The position numbers were made by a program, and so were the translations under genes. A DNA stretch of 64,000 nt from Octopus sinensis (Eukaryota). The notes under the pieces were generated by a model that did not search any database, had not been told where the DNA came from, and saw nothing but the letters and a program-made list of their open reading frames with translations. The stretch covers positions 1 through 64,000 of the forward strand of contig NW_021824844.1 of the NCBI RefSeq assembly GCF_006345805.1. Direction: 5' to 3'. Positions 42,833 through 57,005 of this stretch are shown here, piece after piece (within the stretch, counting starts at the first letter, position 1; every line of letters begins with the position of its first letter).

Positions 42833-44600
42833 GGATGGATGGATGGATGGATGGATGGATAGATGGATGGATGGATAGATAGATAGATGGATGGATGGAT
42901 AGATAGACAGATAGAGATAGATAGATAGATAGGTAGATAGATATGTAGGTAGGTAGGTAGGTAGATAAACAAATGGATGGATAGATAGAAAGATAGACAG
43001 ACAAATAGATAGACAATTAAGTAAATAAACCAAATGATAAACAAGTAGATAGATAGATGGATGGATGGGTAGATGGGTGGGTGGATGGACAGACGGACAG
43101 AGACAGACAGACAGACAGACAGATAGATAGATGGATAGATAGAGAGAGAGAGAGAGACAGACAAATAAGTAAATAAACCAAATCGTAAGTAGATAAATAG
43201 ATATATAGGTAGATGGATAGATAGACAGCCAGCCAGAAAGATAGATAGATAGACAGATAGATAAGTTTCTTTATTGGCCACACAGGGCTGCACACAGATG
43301 GGACAAGTTACAAGGTAGAGCTTTTCTTTTGTGGGATGAAAAAAAAACCAAAATACAAGAGAAACAAAAAAAAGTGGCGTAGGTTTTCGATCAAAAGGGA
43401 TCGTAAAAGGGGGGAAAAGGATAGATAGATAGATAGATAGGTAGGTAGAAAGGTAAATAGGTAAGTTGATAGGTAGACGGATGTATAGATAGATCAATTG
43501 CTCAGTGGGTAGGTGGATGGATGAACAGGTAGATTCCCCAGTTAGGTAGATACACAGGTAGGTTAAATATATTCTGTTGATGGAACGGATTCAAGAAAAG
43601 GATGGAGTAGGGAAACTAAAACACGGTAATTACATTGTCTTTAAGCTAAATGAATAAATCATTGATTACTTTCTTTCTTTCTTCCTCCTCCTCCTCCGCT
43701 ACCACCACCACCACCACCACCACCACGATAACCAATGACAATAACATCGTCGCCACCACCACCACCACCACCACTAACAACAACAACAACCACCACCACC
43801 ACCACAATGATTGACATTACTGCCACCACCGCCACTGCCACCATGGCCACCACCACCACCACCAATAACAAGAAGCACTGTCACCATCTCCACCACCACC
43901 ACCACTACCACCACCACCCCAACTACCACCAGCACCACAACTACCACCAGCACCACCACTACCACCAGCACCACAACTACCACCACCACAACTACCACCA
44001 CCACCACTACCACCAGCACCACAACTACCACCAGCACCACCACTACCACCAGCACCACCACCACCAACCACCACCACTACCACAACTACCACCACCACCA
44101 CCACCACCACTACCACCACCACCACACCACTACCACCAGCACCACCACTACCACCAGCACCACACTACCACCACACCACCACTACCACAACTACCACCAG
44201 CACCACCACTACCACCACACCACTACCACCACCACAACTACACCACCACCACCACCACCAGCACCACAACTACCACCAGCACCACCACTACCACCACACC
44301 ACCACCACTACACCACTACCACCACACCACCACCACAACCACCACCACCACAACCACCACCACCACCACCACCACTACCACCAGCACCACCACCACCACA
44401 CACCACCACCACCACCACCACCACCACTACCACAACTACCACCAACACCACCACAGCCACCAACAACAACAACACTGTCACCATCTCCACCATCACCACT
44501 ACCACCACCAGCATCATCACCACCACCACAACCATTATCTCTACCATCACCAACCATCACCACCGCCGCCACCGCCACCACAACCACCACCACCACGTTT
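41460..44600. repeat. Block of simple repeats: GA-rich (41460-42200), (GATA/GATG)n (42500-43500), (CAC)n (43690-44600)
   Basis: Direct inspection. Confidence 0.95.
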
Positions 44601-46739
44601 GCTTGTAAAGTCATTATATCAATTGTTAATTGCCATTGTATTACCATTATTGTTTTCTATTTTGTTTTATCTCTTCTTCTTTTACTTCTTCCAGTGACCT
44701 GTCTGTGGCCATGCTGGGGCAATGCCTTGAAAGGTTTTAGTCAAACAAATCTACCATCGGGACATATTTCCGTCTACCAAATCCACTCACAAGGCATTGG
44801 TCGGCCCGGGGCTATAGCAGAAGACACTTGCCCAAGATGCCAAGCAGTGGGACTGAACCCGGAACCATGTGGTTGGTTAGCAAGCTACTTACCACACAGC
44901 CACGTTTTTAATTCTAATACTTATTCTATTAGTCTTGTTTTGCCGAACTGCTAAGTTACAGGTGTGCTACATTGTGAGTGGTCTACAGCAGTATCCATAG
45001 TCTTTGCTGTTAAAAGACTTGAGCTGGATTAGGATTAGGGTTAGGATTAGAGTTAGGGTTAAACTGTACCATTAAGAGGATGTAAACAAACCAACATCGG
45101 TTGTCAAGTGGTGGTGGTCGTGGTGGGAACAAACGCCAAAGCACACATAAGCAAAGTAAGGCTGAGTTTGGGTTCTTGGAGAGAGAATGCAGGCATAGGA
45201 GTGGCTGTGTGGTAAGTAGCTTGCTTACCAACCACATGGTTCCGGGTTCAGTCCCACTGCGTGGCACCTTGGGCAAGTGTATTCTACTATAGCCTCGGGC
45301 CGACCAAGGCCTTGTGAGTTGATTTGGTACACGGAAATTGAAAGAAGCCCTTCGTATATATATGTATATATATATGCGTGTGTGTGTTTGTGTGTCTGTG
45401 TTTGGCTCCCTAGCATTGCTTCACAACCAATGCTGGTGTGTTTACGTCCCCGTAACTTAGCGGTTCGGCAAAAGACACCGATAGAATAAGTACTAGGCTT
45501 ACAAAGAATAAGTCCTGGGGTCGATTTGCTCGACTAAAAAGGTGGTGCTCCAGCATGGCCACAGTCAAATGACTGAAACAAGTAAAAGAGTAAAAGAGAG
45601 AATGCAAATCCTTAATTTATACACTAAAAATGATCATGAAATCTGGGAACAATAAAAATCCTCAAGACTTTCTGAAGATTTAAAGAATGATGAACGAAAC
45701 AAGAAGATGCTTTCTTTCACAGCCTTGCTACCAAGAAGTTGGTCGGTCAAAATTTATTCTAAACAAGAGCTAGTAGGGTGCCAAGAACACCATCCGAGTG
45801 TGATCGTTGCCAGAGCAGCCAACTGGCTTCCGTACCCGTGGCACGTAAAAGGGCACCATTCGACCGTGATTGTTATTAGCGTCGCCTTACTGGCATCTGT
45901 GCCGGTGGCATGTGTAAAAAGATTCGAGCGAGGTCATTGCCAGGACCGCCTGACTGGCCCCCGTGCAGGTGGCACGTAAAAAGCACCCACTATACTCTCG
46001 GAGTGGTTGGCGTTAGGAAGGGCATCCAGCTGTAGAAACTCTGCCAGATCAAGACTGGGGCCTGGTGCAGCCATCTGGTTGCCAGCCCTCAGTCAAAATC
46101 GTCCAACCCATGCCAGCATGGAAAGCAGACGTTAAATGATGATGATGATGATGAAAAGCACTCAAAGAGCGCAAACCACCACCAAGGCAAAACCAACGGC
46201 CTCTCAGTGATTAGCCAGAGATGATTTTTAAAATGAGAATATCTGAAATAAACTCGACTGCTCTCACAAACGCGTAGGAGTGGCTGTGTGGTAAGTAGCT
46301 TGCTAACCAACCACATAATTCCGGGTTGAGTCCCACTACGTGGCACCTTGGGCAAGTGTCTTCTATTATAGCCTCGGGCCGACCAAAGCCTTGCGAGTGG
46401 ATTTGGTAGACGGAAACTGAAAGAAGCCTGTCGTATATATATATATATGTATGTGTGTGTATATGTTTGTGTGTCTGTGTTTGTCCCCCCAACATCGCTT
46501 GACAACCGATGCTGGTGTGTTTACGTCCCTGTAACTTAGCGGTTTGGCAAAAGAGACCGACAGAATAAGTACTAGGCTTACAAAGAATAAGTCCCGGGGT
46601 CGATTTGCTTGACTAAAAGGCGGTGCTCCAGCATGGCCACAGTCAAATGACTGAAACAAGTAAAAGAGTAAAAAAAAGAGTGAAAGAGAGAATATTAAAT
46701 AGGAATCGACTACTCTCAAAGATTAAGTAAAAAAACAGG

Positions 46740-46932
46740 AAAAGTGATCCAGAATCCTTGTCCAGTACCGGATCGATCCCAAAATCTAATCAGTTCGTGC
46801 CAGTGATGAGGCCAAACATCCCTGAAAGTTTCATCTGAATCCATCCAGTGGTTCTTGAGATATCTTGTCCATGGACAGACAAACAAATACGACTGAAAAC
46901 AATACCTCTGCCTTCGTTAAGGTGGAGGTAAT
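46740..46932 (+). mobile_element. Helentron/HINE-like non-autonomous element 3' end
   Basis: GACAGACAAACAAA...GAAAACAATACCTCTGCCTT-CGTT-AAGGTGGAGGT-AAT terminal hairpin. Confidence 0.45.
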
Positions 46933-47010
46933 TAAAAAGAGAAAGAGAACACATACATACATTACTGGAACAACAGGATATATATCAACCAGTCTGGAGC
47001 AAAGTATGGC

Positions 47011-47932
47011 GTGGAGGCACATGGCCTAGTGGTTAGAGCAGCAGACTTGCAGTCGAGGGATCGCGGGTTTGAATCTCAGACCGGGAGATGCGTGTGTTTA
47101 TGAGCGAAACACCTAAGCTCCATGTGGCTCTGGCAGAAGGTAATGGTGAACTTCTACCAGTCAGTGGAGGCACATGGCCTAGTGGTTAGAGCAGCAGACT
47201 CGCGGTCGAGGGATCGCGGGTTCGAATCTCAGACCGGGAGATGCGTGTGTTTATGAGCGAAACACCTAAGCTCCATGCGGCTCTGGCAGAAGGTAATGGT
47301 GAACTTCTACCAGTCAGTGGAGGCAAATGGCCTAGTGGTTAGAGCAGCAGACTCGTGGTCGAGGGATCGCGGGTTCGAATCTCAGACCGGGCGATGTGTG
47401 TGTTTATGAGTGAAAACACCTAAGCTCCACGCGGCTCTGGCAGAAGGTAATGGTGAAACTTCTGCTGACTCTTTCGTCACCACAACTTTCTCTCACTCTT
47501 TCCTCCTGCATCTTGCAGCTCACCTGTGACGGACCGGTGTCCCGTCCAGGTGGGGAACCTATACACCAAGAAACCGGAAAACCAGCCCTTATGAGCCAGG
47601 CATGGCTCGAGAAAAAACATTGTGAAGGCACATGGCCTAGTGGTTAGAGCAGCGGACTCACGGTCGGGGGATCGCAGGTTCGAATCTCAGACCGGGAGAT
47701 GTGTGTGTTTATGAGCGAAACACCTAAGCTCCTCACGGTTCCGACAGAAGGTAATGGAGAAACTTCTGCTGACTCTTTCGTCACCACAACTTTCTCTCAC
47801 TCTTTCCTCCTGCATCTTGCAGCTCACCTGCGATGGACTGGCGTCCCGTCCAGGTGGGAAACCTATACGCCAAGAAACCGGAAAACCGGCCCTTATGAGC
47901 CAGGCATGGCTCGAGAAGGAACAAACAACTAA
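47011..47932 (+). mobile_element. Four-unit SINE family C concatemer (153+153+~305+~310 bp) flanked by an 11-bp direct repeat
   Basis: Heads at 47011, 47164, 47317, 47622; CAAAGTATGGC at 47000-47010 and 47933-47943. Confidence 0.88.
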
Positions 47933-48344
47933 CAAAGTATGGCTAAACTTGGATTCTTGGGGAGAAAATACAAATCCTTAATGCTGCAAATGGTCGTGAA
48001 TATTTGCGACTATAAAAATCTGCAAGTAGGTGGCCAGTCGAAATGTATTCTAAATTCAAAAGAGAAAGAGAGCACCCCACCCCCACAAACACACACAGAC
48101 GTGTGTGCACATCCATTGAAAGTAAAGACTGGGAAAAAATTTGTACATTTTTAATTCTATGTTCAGCAGATTTCATTATAGGGTACGGGTTACAAAGGTA
48201 CACGGGTAGAAAAAGACATGGAGATAACCTCCTATCCATAATTCTTTGTGGCTGTCTTTTGTTCTAATGTATAATTACTCTGTAAATAGAATTCACCAGA
48301 AATTTCAATTGCTATGTATGCCTCATTTAATATAAAACATCTAC

Positions 48345-48775
48345 GTACAACGGGCATGGGACAACAATAAGCTGACCAAGACCACAAAAATGAAGATCTA
48401 CCAGGCATGTGTACTTAGCACTCTACTGTATGGAAGTGAGACTTGGACGCTTTACACACGCCAAGAGCGTCGCCTAAACATCTTTCACCTGCACTGCCTA
48501 TGGAAAATCCTTCGCATCAAATGGCAGAATCATGTCCCCAACAAAGATGTCCTCAAGCAAGCAGGAATACCAAGCATGTTTGCACTCCACACACCAAGAT
48601 GTATGAGATGGCTTGGACATGTTAGCTGTATGGAAGATGGCAGAATCCCCAAGGACATACTCTACGGAGAGCTTGCTAGGGGTACTAGGTCTGTGGGTAG
48701 ACCGTTCTTACGATACAAGGATGTTTGCAAAAGAGACATGAATGCCTGCAACATTGATATTACCAACTGGGAAGC
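48345..48775 (+). mobile_element. RTE/BovB-like LINE C-terminal fragment
   Basis: KIYQACVLSTLLYGSETWTLY...RRLNIFHLHCLWKILRIKWQ...RWLGHVSCMEDGRIPKDILYGEL...GRPFLRYKD. Confidence 0.92.
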
Positions 48776-49042
48776 ATGGCACCTTGGGAAAGTGTCTTCT
48801 ACTATAGCCTCGGGCCAACCAATGCCTTGTGAGTGGATTTGGTAGATGGAAACTGAAAGAAGCCTGTCGTATATATATATGTAGGAGTGGCTGTGTGGTA
48901 AGTAGCTTGTTTACCAACCACATGGTTCCGGGTTCAGTCCCACTGTGTGGCACCTTGGGCAAGTGTCTTCTACTATAGCCTAGGGCAGACCGATGCCTTG
49001 TGAGTGGATTTGGTAGACGGAAACTGAAAGACCTGTCATATG

Positions 49043-49075
<33 letters not shown>

Positions 49076-50137
49076 GTGTGTGTGTGTGTGTGTTTGTGTG
49101 TCTGTGTTTGTCTCCCTAGCATTGCTTGACAACCGATGCTGGTGTGTTTACGTCCCCCGTCACGTAGCGGTTCGGCAAAAAGAGACCGATAGAATAAGTA
49201 CTAGGCTTACAAAAGAATAAGTCCCGGGGTCGATTTGCTCGACTAAAGGCGGTGCTCCAGCATGGCCGCAGTCAAATGACTGAAACAAGTTAAAGAGTAA
49301 AGAGAGTATATATTGCCCCTGTGCATCTTCTGCACACAAAAACTCTCATCCCGGTTAACCTACCTTTGATGTTACTGCACCACGTAATTCTACAAACATC
49401 GATCTACAAAACAACAGGTTTCCTAAAGGAAGACCGGAATTTAAGAGAAGAGAAAACCAAAAGATCTCATGATATTCTCTTTTACTCTTTTACTTGTTTC
49501 AGTCATTTTTACTGCGGCCATGCTGGAGCACCGCCTTTAGTCGAGCAACTCGACCCCGGGACTTATTCTTTGTAAGCCCAGTACTTATTCTATCGGTCTC
49601 TTTTGCCGAACCGCTAAGTGATGGGGACGTAAACACACCAGCATCGGTTGTCAAGCAATGCTAGGGGGACAAACACATACACACACACACACATACATAC
49701 ATATATATACATTTATACATACATACAAAGGCGGCGAGCTGGCAGAAACGTTAGCACGCAGGGCGAAATGCGTAGCCGTATTTCGTCTGCCGTTACGTTC
49801 TGAGTTCAAATTCTGCCGAGGTCGACTTTGCCTTTCATCCTTTCGGGGTCGATAAATTAAGTACCAGTTACACACTGGGGTCGATGTAATCGACTTAATC
49901 CGTTTGTCTGTCCTTGTTTATACCCTCTGTGTTTAGCCCCCTGTGGGTAGTAAAGAAATATATATATACATATATACGACAGGCTTCTTTCAGTTTCCGT
50001 CTACCAAATCCACTCACAAGGCATTGGTCGGCCCGAGGCTATAGCAGAAGACACTTGCCCAAGGTGCCACGCAGTGGGACTGAACCCGTAACCATGTGGT
50101 TGGTTACCAAGCTACTTACCACACAGCCACTCCTGCG

Positions 50138-50173
<36 letters not shown>

Positions 50174-50189
50174 CTTACATAAATATATA

Positions 50190-50952
50190 TATACATCATC
50201 ATCATCATTGTTCGACCGTGGTCGAGACAATGGAATTTACTATGTTACGCCAGACTTCACGGTCCATCATGGCATTACGGAGGTCCTGTTGCTGGATGCC
50301 TGTATCCCTGGAGATTACATCAGGGTAGGAGAGTGTGCGCCCTCTGGTATTGCGAGTAGATGGCTTCCAGAGGAGAAGAGTAGAAATTACATCTTTTTCA
50401 GCTCTACAACAATGTCCAGCAAACTGGACTCTCCTACCTTTCACAAGAGATGACACAGGTTGTAGTTTCCCATATATTTGCATTTTGGTTGGATGGCGCT
50501 TCCACGAGAGATTTTGAGCTCTCATAAGGAGGCGAGTGTAGGTTCCATCCAACCGCCTCTCAAGCTTCTTTGATAACGTCCAGGTTTCTGAGCCATATAG
50601 TAGAATTGGTTCGACTGTGGTTTTGAAGATTTCAAGTTTGAAGTGTCTACTTAGATTTGATGGCCAGATCTTATGCATATCATTACAGGCTGATCAGGCC
50701 GTACCCTTTCTAGTCAGAAAGTCTTTTCCAGATGATGATATGTATGGCCCAAGATATTTATAATCAGAAACCATATTTAAAGGCGCATTGTTGAGAGTAT
50801 GGATGATGCAATCACTGTTGGACAGGCACTTATTTATGTATTCAGTCTTGGCCTCATTGAGGTAAAGACCTACACAATTTGAGCCTTGTTCGAGAGATTG
50901 TAAAAGAGACTGGGCATTGGAGAGAGAATCACTGATAAGAGCGATGTCAGTG
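50190..50952 (-). mobile_element. RTE-group (RTE-X-like) LINE 3' fragment with premature stop
   Basis: TDIALISDSLSNAQSLLQSLE...GLYLNEAKTEY...KYLG...TVEPILLYGSETWTLSKKLERRLDGTYTRLL...QFAGHC; (TGA)n tail. Confidence 0.88.
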
Positions 50953-52419
50953 ATATATACATACTTACATAATTAATATATATATATATATATATATATA
51001 CATACGTACATACATACATATACATACTTATATAAAAGTATTTTGCTTGTATATGTATATATGCACAATTCGAGCGTGATTGTTACCAAAATCGCCTTCT
51101 GGCACCTGTGCTGGTGGCATGTATAAAAGGATTCGAGCGAGGTCGTTGCCAGCACCACCTGACTGGCCCCCATGCCAGTGGCACGTAAAAGCACCCACTA
51201 CACTCTCGGGGTGGTTGGTGCTAGGAAGGGCATCCAGCTGTAGAAACACTGCCAAATCAAGACTAGAGCCTGGTGCAGCCATCTGGTTTGCCAGCCCTCA
51301 GTCAAAATCGTCCAACCCATGCTAGCATGGAAAGCGGACGTTAAACGACGATGATGATGTTGATGATATCAAATAAATGTCTTATAAAACTATTCAACAC
51401 GTACAATCACAGCCACACCAACAATTCAACATACATCCATCATCAGCTGCCTCTCGGATATCATTATGGTTTTGACACCTGGGCAGTACCATTCAATCCA
51501 GCAGTGTCAACAGCACTAAAGTAAGTGTTGTTTGGGAACAAACATACCTTAGATATCACCACATTCATTCAATCTTAATTCTTGGAAGGATTAAATACTA
51601 ACATTATTAATTAAACTACAACAAAGAAACCACATTCTCCTATGTACAAAAACAGTATCGGTAAACAAATCCAAAAAATAAACCTATAGGCGCAAGAGTG
51701 GCTGTGTGGTAAGTAGCTTGTTTACCAACCACATGGTTCCAGGTTCAGTCTCACTGCATGGCACCTTGGGCAAGTGTCTTCTACTATAGCCTCGGGCCGA
51801 CCAAAGCCTTGGGAGTGGATTTGGTAAACGGAAACTGAAAGAAGCCCATCATATTATGTATATATATATATATATATATATCATATATATATATATATTA
51901 TATATATATATATAGGCGCAGGAGTGGCTGTGTGGTAAGTACCTTGTTTACCAACCACATGGTTCAGGTTCAGTCTCACTGCGTGGCACCTTGGGCAAGT
52001 GTCTCTACTATAGCATCGGATCCGACCAATGCCTTGTGAGTGGATTTGGTAGACGGAAACTGAAAGAAGCCCATCGTATATATGTATATATATATATTTT
52101 AAATATGTGTGTGTGCTTGTCCCCCTAGCATTGCTTGACAACCGATGCTGGTGGTTTACGTCCTGTTACTTAGCGGTTCGGCAAAAGAGACCGATAGAAT
52201 AAGTACTGGGCTTACAAAAGAATAAGTCCCGGGTTCGAGTTGCTCGATTAAAGGCGGTGCTCCAGCATGGCCGCAGTCAAATGACTGAAACAAGTAAAAG
52301 AGTAACTAACTCCTAAATTATCTAACTAAATAGCAACCTAGCCCTTGAAGTCCATGCAGATAATATCCCCACCAGTCTTCCATAGTTATTAATATAAAAG
52401 TGAAAGCTTTTATATTCTA

Positions 52420-52931
52420 CTAGCAGTATCGCCCGGCGTTGCTCGGGTTTGTAAGGGAAATAACTATATAAGCATTTTTAGAGAGTTACTTCCCTTATAG
52501 ATGCCAATTCGGGCTTTCTTAGCTATTTCTGTTTTGGTGTCTTCAAGCCATGAAGTCGTTGTTCTAAAAGAACGCTGGTCTCCTTGACAACGCTTTACGA
52601 CGTTGATTTTCCTTACACTCCCTTCCCCACAGCTTCACGAGGGAGGAAGAAGGGGGAGAAGCAAACAGGTGCAGGTGTGACCATGGACGCCAACTCCGCC
52701 GCTATCGACACACGAAAAATTATGCATTAAAATGGAATAAAAAATGATGTTAAATTTTTTTTTAATCGTAGACTCATCGTAGACGTGTGCTAATACCCAG
52801 ACGGGCTCGATATGAATCACGACTATAAGATACCCGAATTTGGTTAAACTGCACCGCAAAATGTGGGAGGAGTTAGGAATCTAAATCGAAGGGGACAGAC
52901 ACTCACACAACTACAGTTTTATATATATAGA
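52420..52931 (-). mobile_element. Longer non-autonomous Helitron of the same family (extra ~230-bp internal segment)
   Basis: TC 5' end at 52931, same 3' hairpin and CTAG at 52423-52420; abutted by the 3' end of a different Helitron. Confidence 0.82.
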
Positions 52932-53120
52932 CTAGCACTATGACCCGGCAAAGGGTCATAGTTGAATAAAGTCATAATTAACTGATCCTCCTGAATTTTC
53001 TTTTGCCCAAAGCCAGAAACCTTTCAGTACCCCCTTGAATACATAAGATGTAGATTTGAGGGATGTTTAGGATAATTTCACTGTTATTTCTAGCATAGCA
53101 GTGATCACAGTGGAACAAAC
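52932..53120 (-). mobile_element. 3' end of a second Helitron family
   Basis: Minus strand TATGACCC-TTTGCC-GGGTCATA-GTG-CTAG|T. Confidence 0.65.
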
Positions 53121-54236
53121 ATTTATACATACCTGCATACATACATACATAATACATATATACATACACATATATATATACATACATATGTATATACATA
53201 ATATATACATACATACATATATACATACATAAATATATACATACAATACATATATACATACATACATTTATACATACATACATACATATATACACACATA
53301 CATATATATACATACATAATACATACATATATACATACATAATACATATATACATACATATATACATACATACATACATGCATACATACATATACATACA
53401 TACATATATACATACATACATATATACATACATATATACATACATATATACATACATACATGCATGCATACATACATACATACACATACATACATACATA
53501 ATACATACACACATACATACATACATACATAAATACATACATACATAGATACATAATACATACATACACACATACATACAAACATACATACATACATACA
53601 TACATACATAAATACATATATACATATATATACATACATGCTTAATACATACATACATACATACACACACATATACATACATACATACATGTATACATGT
53701 GCCGGTGGCACGTAAGAGAACCATCCGAACGTGGCCGTTGCCAGCGTCACCCCGAGTGGCCTCCGTGCAGGTGGCACATAAAAAGCACCCATACACTCAC
53801 GGAGTGGTTGGCGTTAGGAAGGGCATCCAGCTGTAGAAAACACTGCCAGATCAAGACTGGAGCCTGGTGCAGCCATCTGGCTTCCCAGACCCCAGTTGAA
53901 CCGTCCAACCCATGCTAGCATGGAAAATGGACGTTAAACGACGATGATGATGATGATACACATATATACGCCTCTCGCTTGCTCATTCTCCACCTCTCTC
54001 TCTCTCTCTCTGCTGATCACCTTAAGTGCGTGTGATTAAAATGCTGGTCTGTTTATGCTATCCACTACACGCGAGTGCCCGTGTGTATTTACGTATTTAT
54101 TGTATATATATATATATACGTGCATGTTTTGTGTTTATAAGCTTAATGTAGGCGCATGACTCGTATAGATATCTGTTTTTCCGTCGGTTTCTATGTATAT
54201 ATGTATGTGTATATGTACGTAACTGTATATATGATA

Positions 54237-54634
54237 TCTTTATATATAAAAGTGAAGTTGTGTGTCTGTCTCCGACGATTTAGATTCCTAACTACTCCAC
54301 ATTTTGCAGGCAGTTTAACCAAAACCGGGTATCTTATAGTCGTGATTCATATCGAGCCTTCTGGGTATTAGCGCGCGTCTACGATGAGTCTACGATTTTA
54401 AAAAATAATTTTACCATCATTTTTTTTCCATTTTAATGCATTTTTTTCGCTATTATATAAGGGATGTAACTCTCTAAAAATGTCTACGATGAGTCAACGA
54501 TTTAAAAAAAATTTACCACCACTTTTTTTCCATTTTTGATGCATTTTTTTGCTATTTTTTGGCTATAACTCTCTAAAAATGCTTATATAGTTATTTCCCT
54601 TACAAATCCGAGCAACGCCGGGCGATACTGCTAG
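54237..54634 (+). mobile_element. Non-autonomous Helitron (same family as 29404-29699)
   Basis: A|TCTTTATATATAAAAGTGAAG ... CCGAGCAACGCCGGGCGATACTG-CTAG|T. Confidence 0.88.
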
Positions 54635-55103
54635 TATATATATATATATGTACGTTTATATTTATACGTGTGTGTGTGTGTTCATTTGCGTGTACGTGAC
54701 ACAATGTATGTATGTTGATGTTTATATATACGCATGTGTAATATATACACAAGTGTGTTTATATACTTATATACGCGTATCCTGTTGCTTAGCTTCGGAT
54801 CGTCCCCACCGCAGGTAATCAATAAATCAAAGGCGTTCCTACCATGATCGTCTCTCCTATTTCTAAACATTGGGGACTACTTTATCTCACGTATCCTTCC
54901 ACATCGTAATAAAAAATTTGGATTTCAGGATAAGTATCAATTAATTTCGCTGTTATTTCTAGCATACCAGCAACCACAGACAGGATCGCTCGTTCCCTCG
55001 TGGGCCTTATTCTAAGACGTAGATCCAGGGAACAGGAAGTATATATAAGTATGTTTCTCCATTCTCTAATTTTGTAGTTATATATACATAACATATATAT
55101 ATT

Positions 55104-55147
<44 letters not shown>

Positions 55148-55330
55148 CATCATATATATATATATACATACATATATATATATATAATTACATACATATA
55201 ATATATATATATTATACATACATATATATATAATATACATACATATATATATGTATAATATACATACATATATATATATGTGTGTTGTGTATATGATTAT
55301 ATATATATATGTGTTGTGTGTTATGTATAG

Positions 55331-55362
<32 letters not shown>

Positions 55363-55408
55363 TACATATATATATACATATATATATATATACATACATA
55401 CATAAATA

Positions 55409-55446
<38 letters not shown>

Positions 55447-55549
55447 CATAATACATATATACATACAATATATACATACATATATATACATAATACATAT
55501 ACATACATACCTATACATACATAACATACATAACATACATACATATATA

Positions 55550-55595
<46 letters not shown>

Positions 55596-55830
55596 CAAAT
55601 GTCCAAATACTAGGATCCTCGGATATTTTGCCTTGCATCTCCTCCAAGGCTAATGAAATCCAAACTGGTTGGAGCCGTTGTTGTTTAGCCCTAGGTCAGT
55701 CCTGATCCAACAGGCCTATGATCAAAGATGTTCCGGTTAGAACCAGTTTGTCTTTTTTGCTCAAGCAAAGGCTATCAAAAACTACATTCCGAAATTGCCT
55801 TCATTTTGTGTCACCCACGATCAATCCTGA

Positions 55831-57005
55831 CCCAACAGACCCCTACCAGCTGTGACAACGGGGTCTTTAATTCTGACACAAGAGTATCTAGGACTACGCT
55901 ATCTAAAGTGCCTTTCCGTACTGGTCCCAATCCAGCAGATCAATGATATTCCAGCCATGACTATCCCGTCTTTTATTAACGCATAATAACCGTTATAGCT
56001 CGAGGGAGAGAACTGACTGCTATTTCTAGCAGGCAGACGAGCCCGTAATGGCCCCAACAGACCCGTACCAGCTGTGACAACGGGGTCTTTAATTCTGACA
56101 CAAGAGTATCTAGGACTACGCTATCTAAAGTGCCTTCCGTACTGGTCCCAATCCAGCAGATCAATGATATTCCAGCCATGACTATCCCGTCTTTTATTAA
56201 CGCATAATAACCGTTATAGCTCGAGGGAGAGAACTGACTGCTATTTCTAGCAGGCAGACGAACCCATAATGGCCCCAACAGACCCGTACCAGCTGTGACA
56301 ACGGGTTCTTTAATTCTGACACGGAGTATCTAGGACTACGCTACCCAAAGTGCCTTTCCGTACTGGTCCCAATCCAGCGGATCAATGATATTCCAGCCAT
56401 GACTATCCCGTCTTTTATTAACGCATAATAACTGTTATAGCTCGAGGGAGAGAACTGACTGCTATTTCTAGCAGGCAGATGAGCCCACAATGGCCCCAAC
56501 TAATCCCTCTTTGGCGCCAACAACCGATACCAGTTATAGAATGCGGGATAGAGGGGCGGGAACCTGTATCGATATCAAAATGCATCGACTCGATCGCATG
56601 GCCTGCTAGAAATAACAGCCAAACTCCCTCAAATCACACACATACTCCAGCTGTGACAACGGGATCTTTAATTCTGACACAGAGTATCTAGGACTACGTT
56701 ACCTAAAGTGCCTTTCCGTACTGGTCCCAATCAAGCAGATCAATGATATTCCAGCCATGACTATCCCGTCTTTTATTACGGCATAATAACCGTTATACCT
56801 CGAGGGGAGAGAACTGACTGCTATTTCTAGCAGGCAGACGAGCCCATAGTGGCCCCAACTAATCCCTCTTTGGCGCCAACAACCGATACCAGTTATAGAA
56901 TGCGGGATAGAGGGGCGGGAACCTGTATCGATATCAAAATGCATCGACTCGATCGCATGGCCTGCTAGAAATAACAGCCAAACTCCCTCAAATCACACAC
57001 ATACT
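55831..57005. repeat. Composite tandem array A-A-A-B-A'-B (A about 222 bp, B about 150 bp) built partly of SINE fragments
   Basis: CCAGCTGTGACAAC at 55846, 56068, 56289, 56647; TAATCCCTCT at 56501, 56860. Confidence 0.9.
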
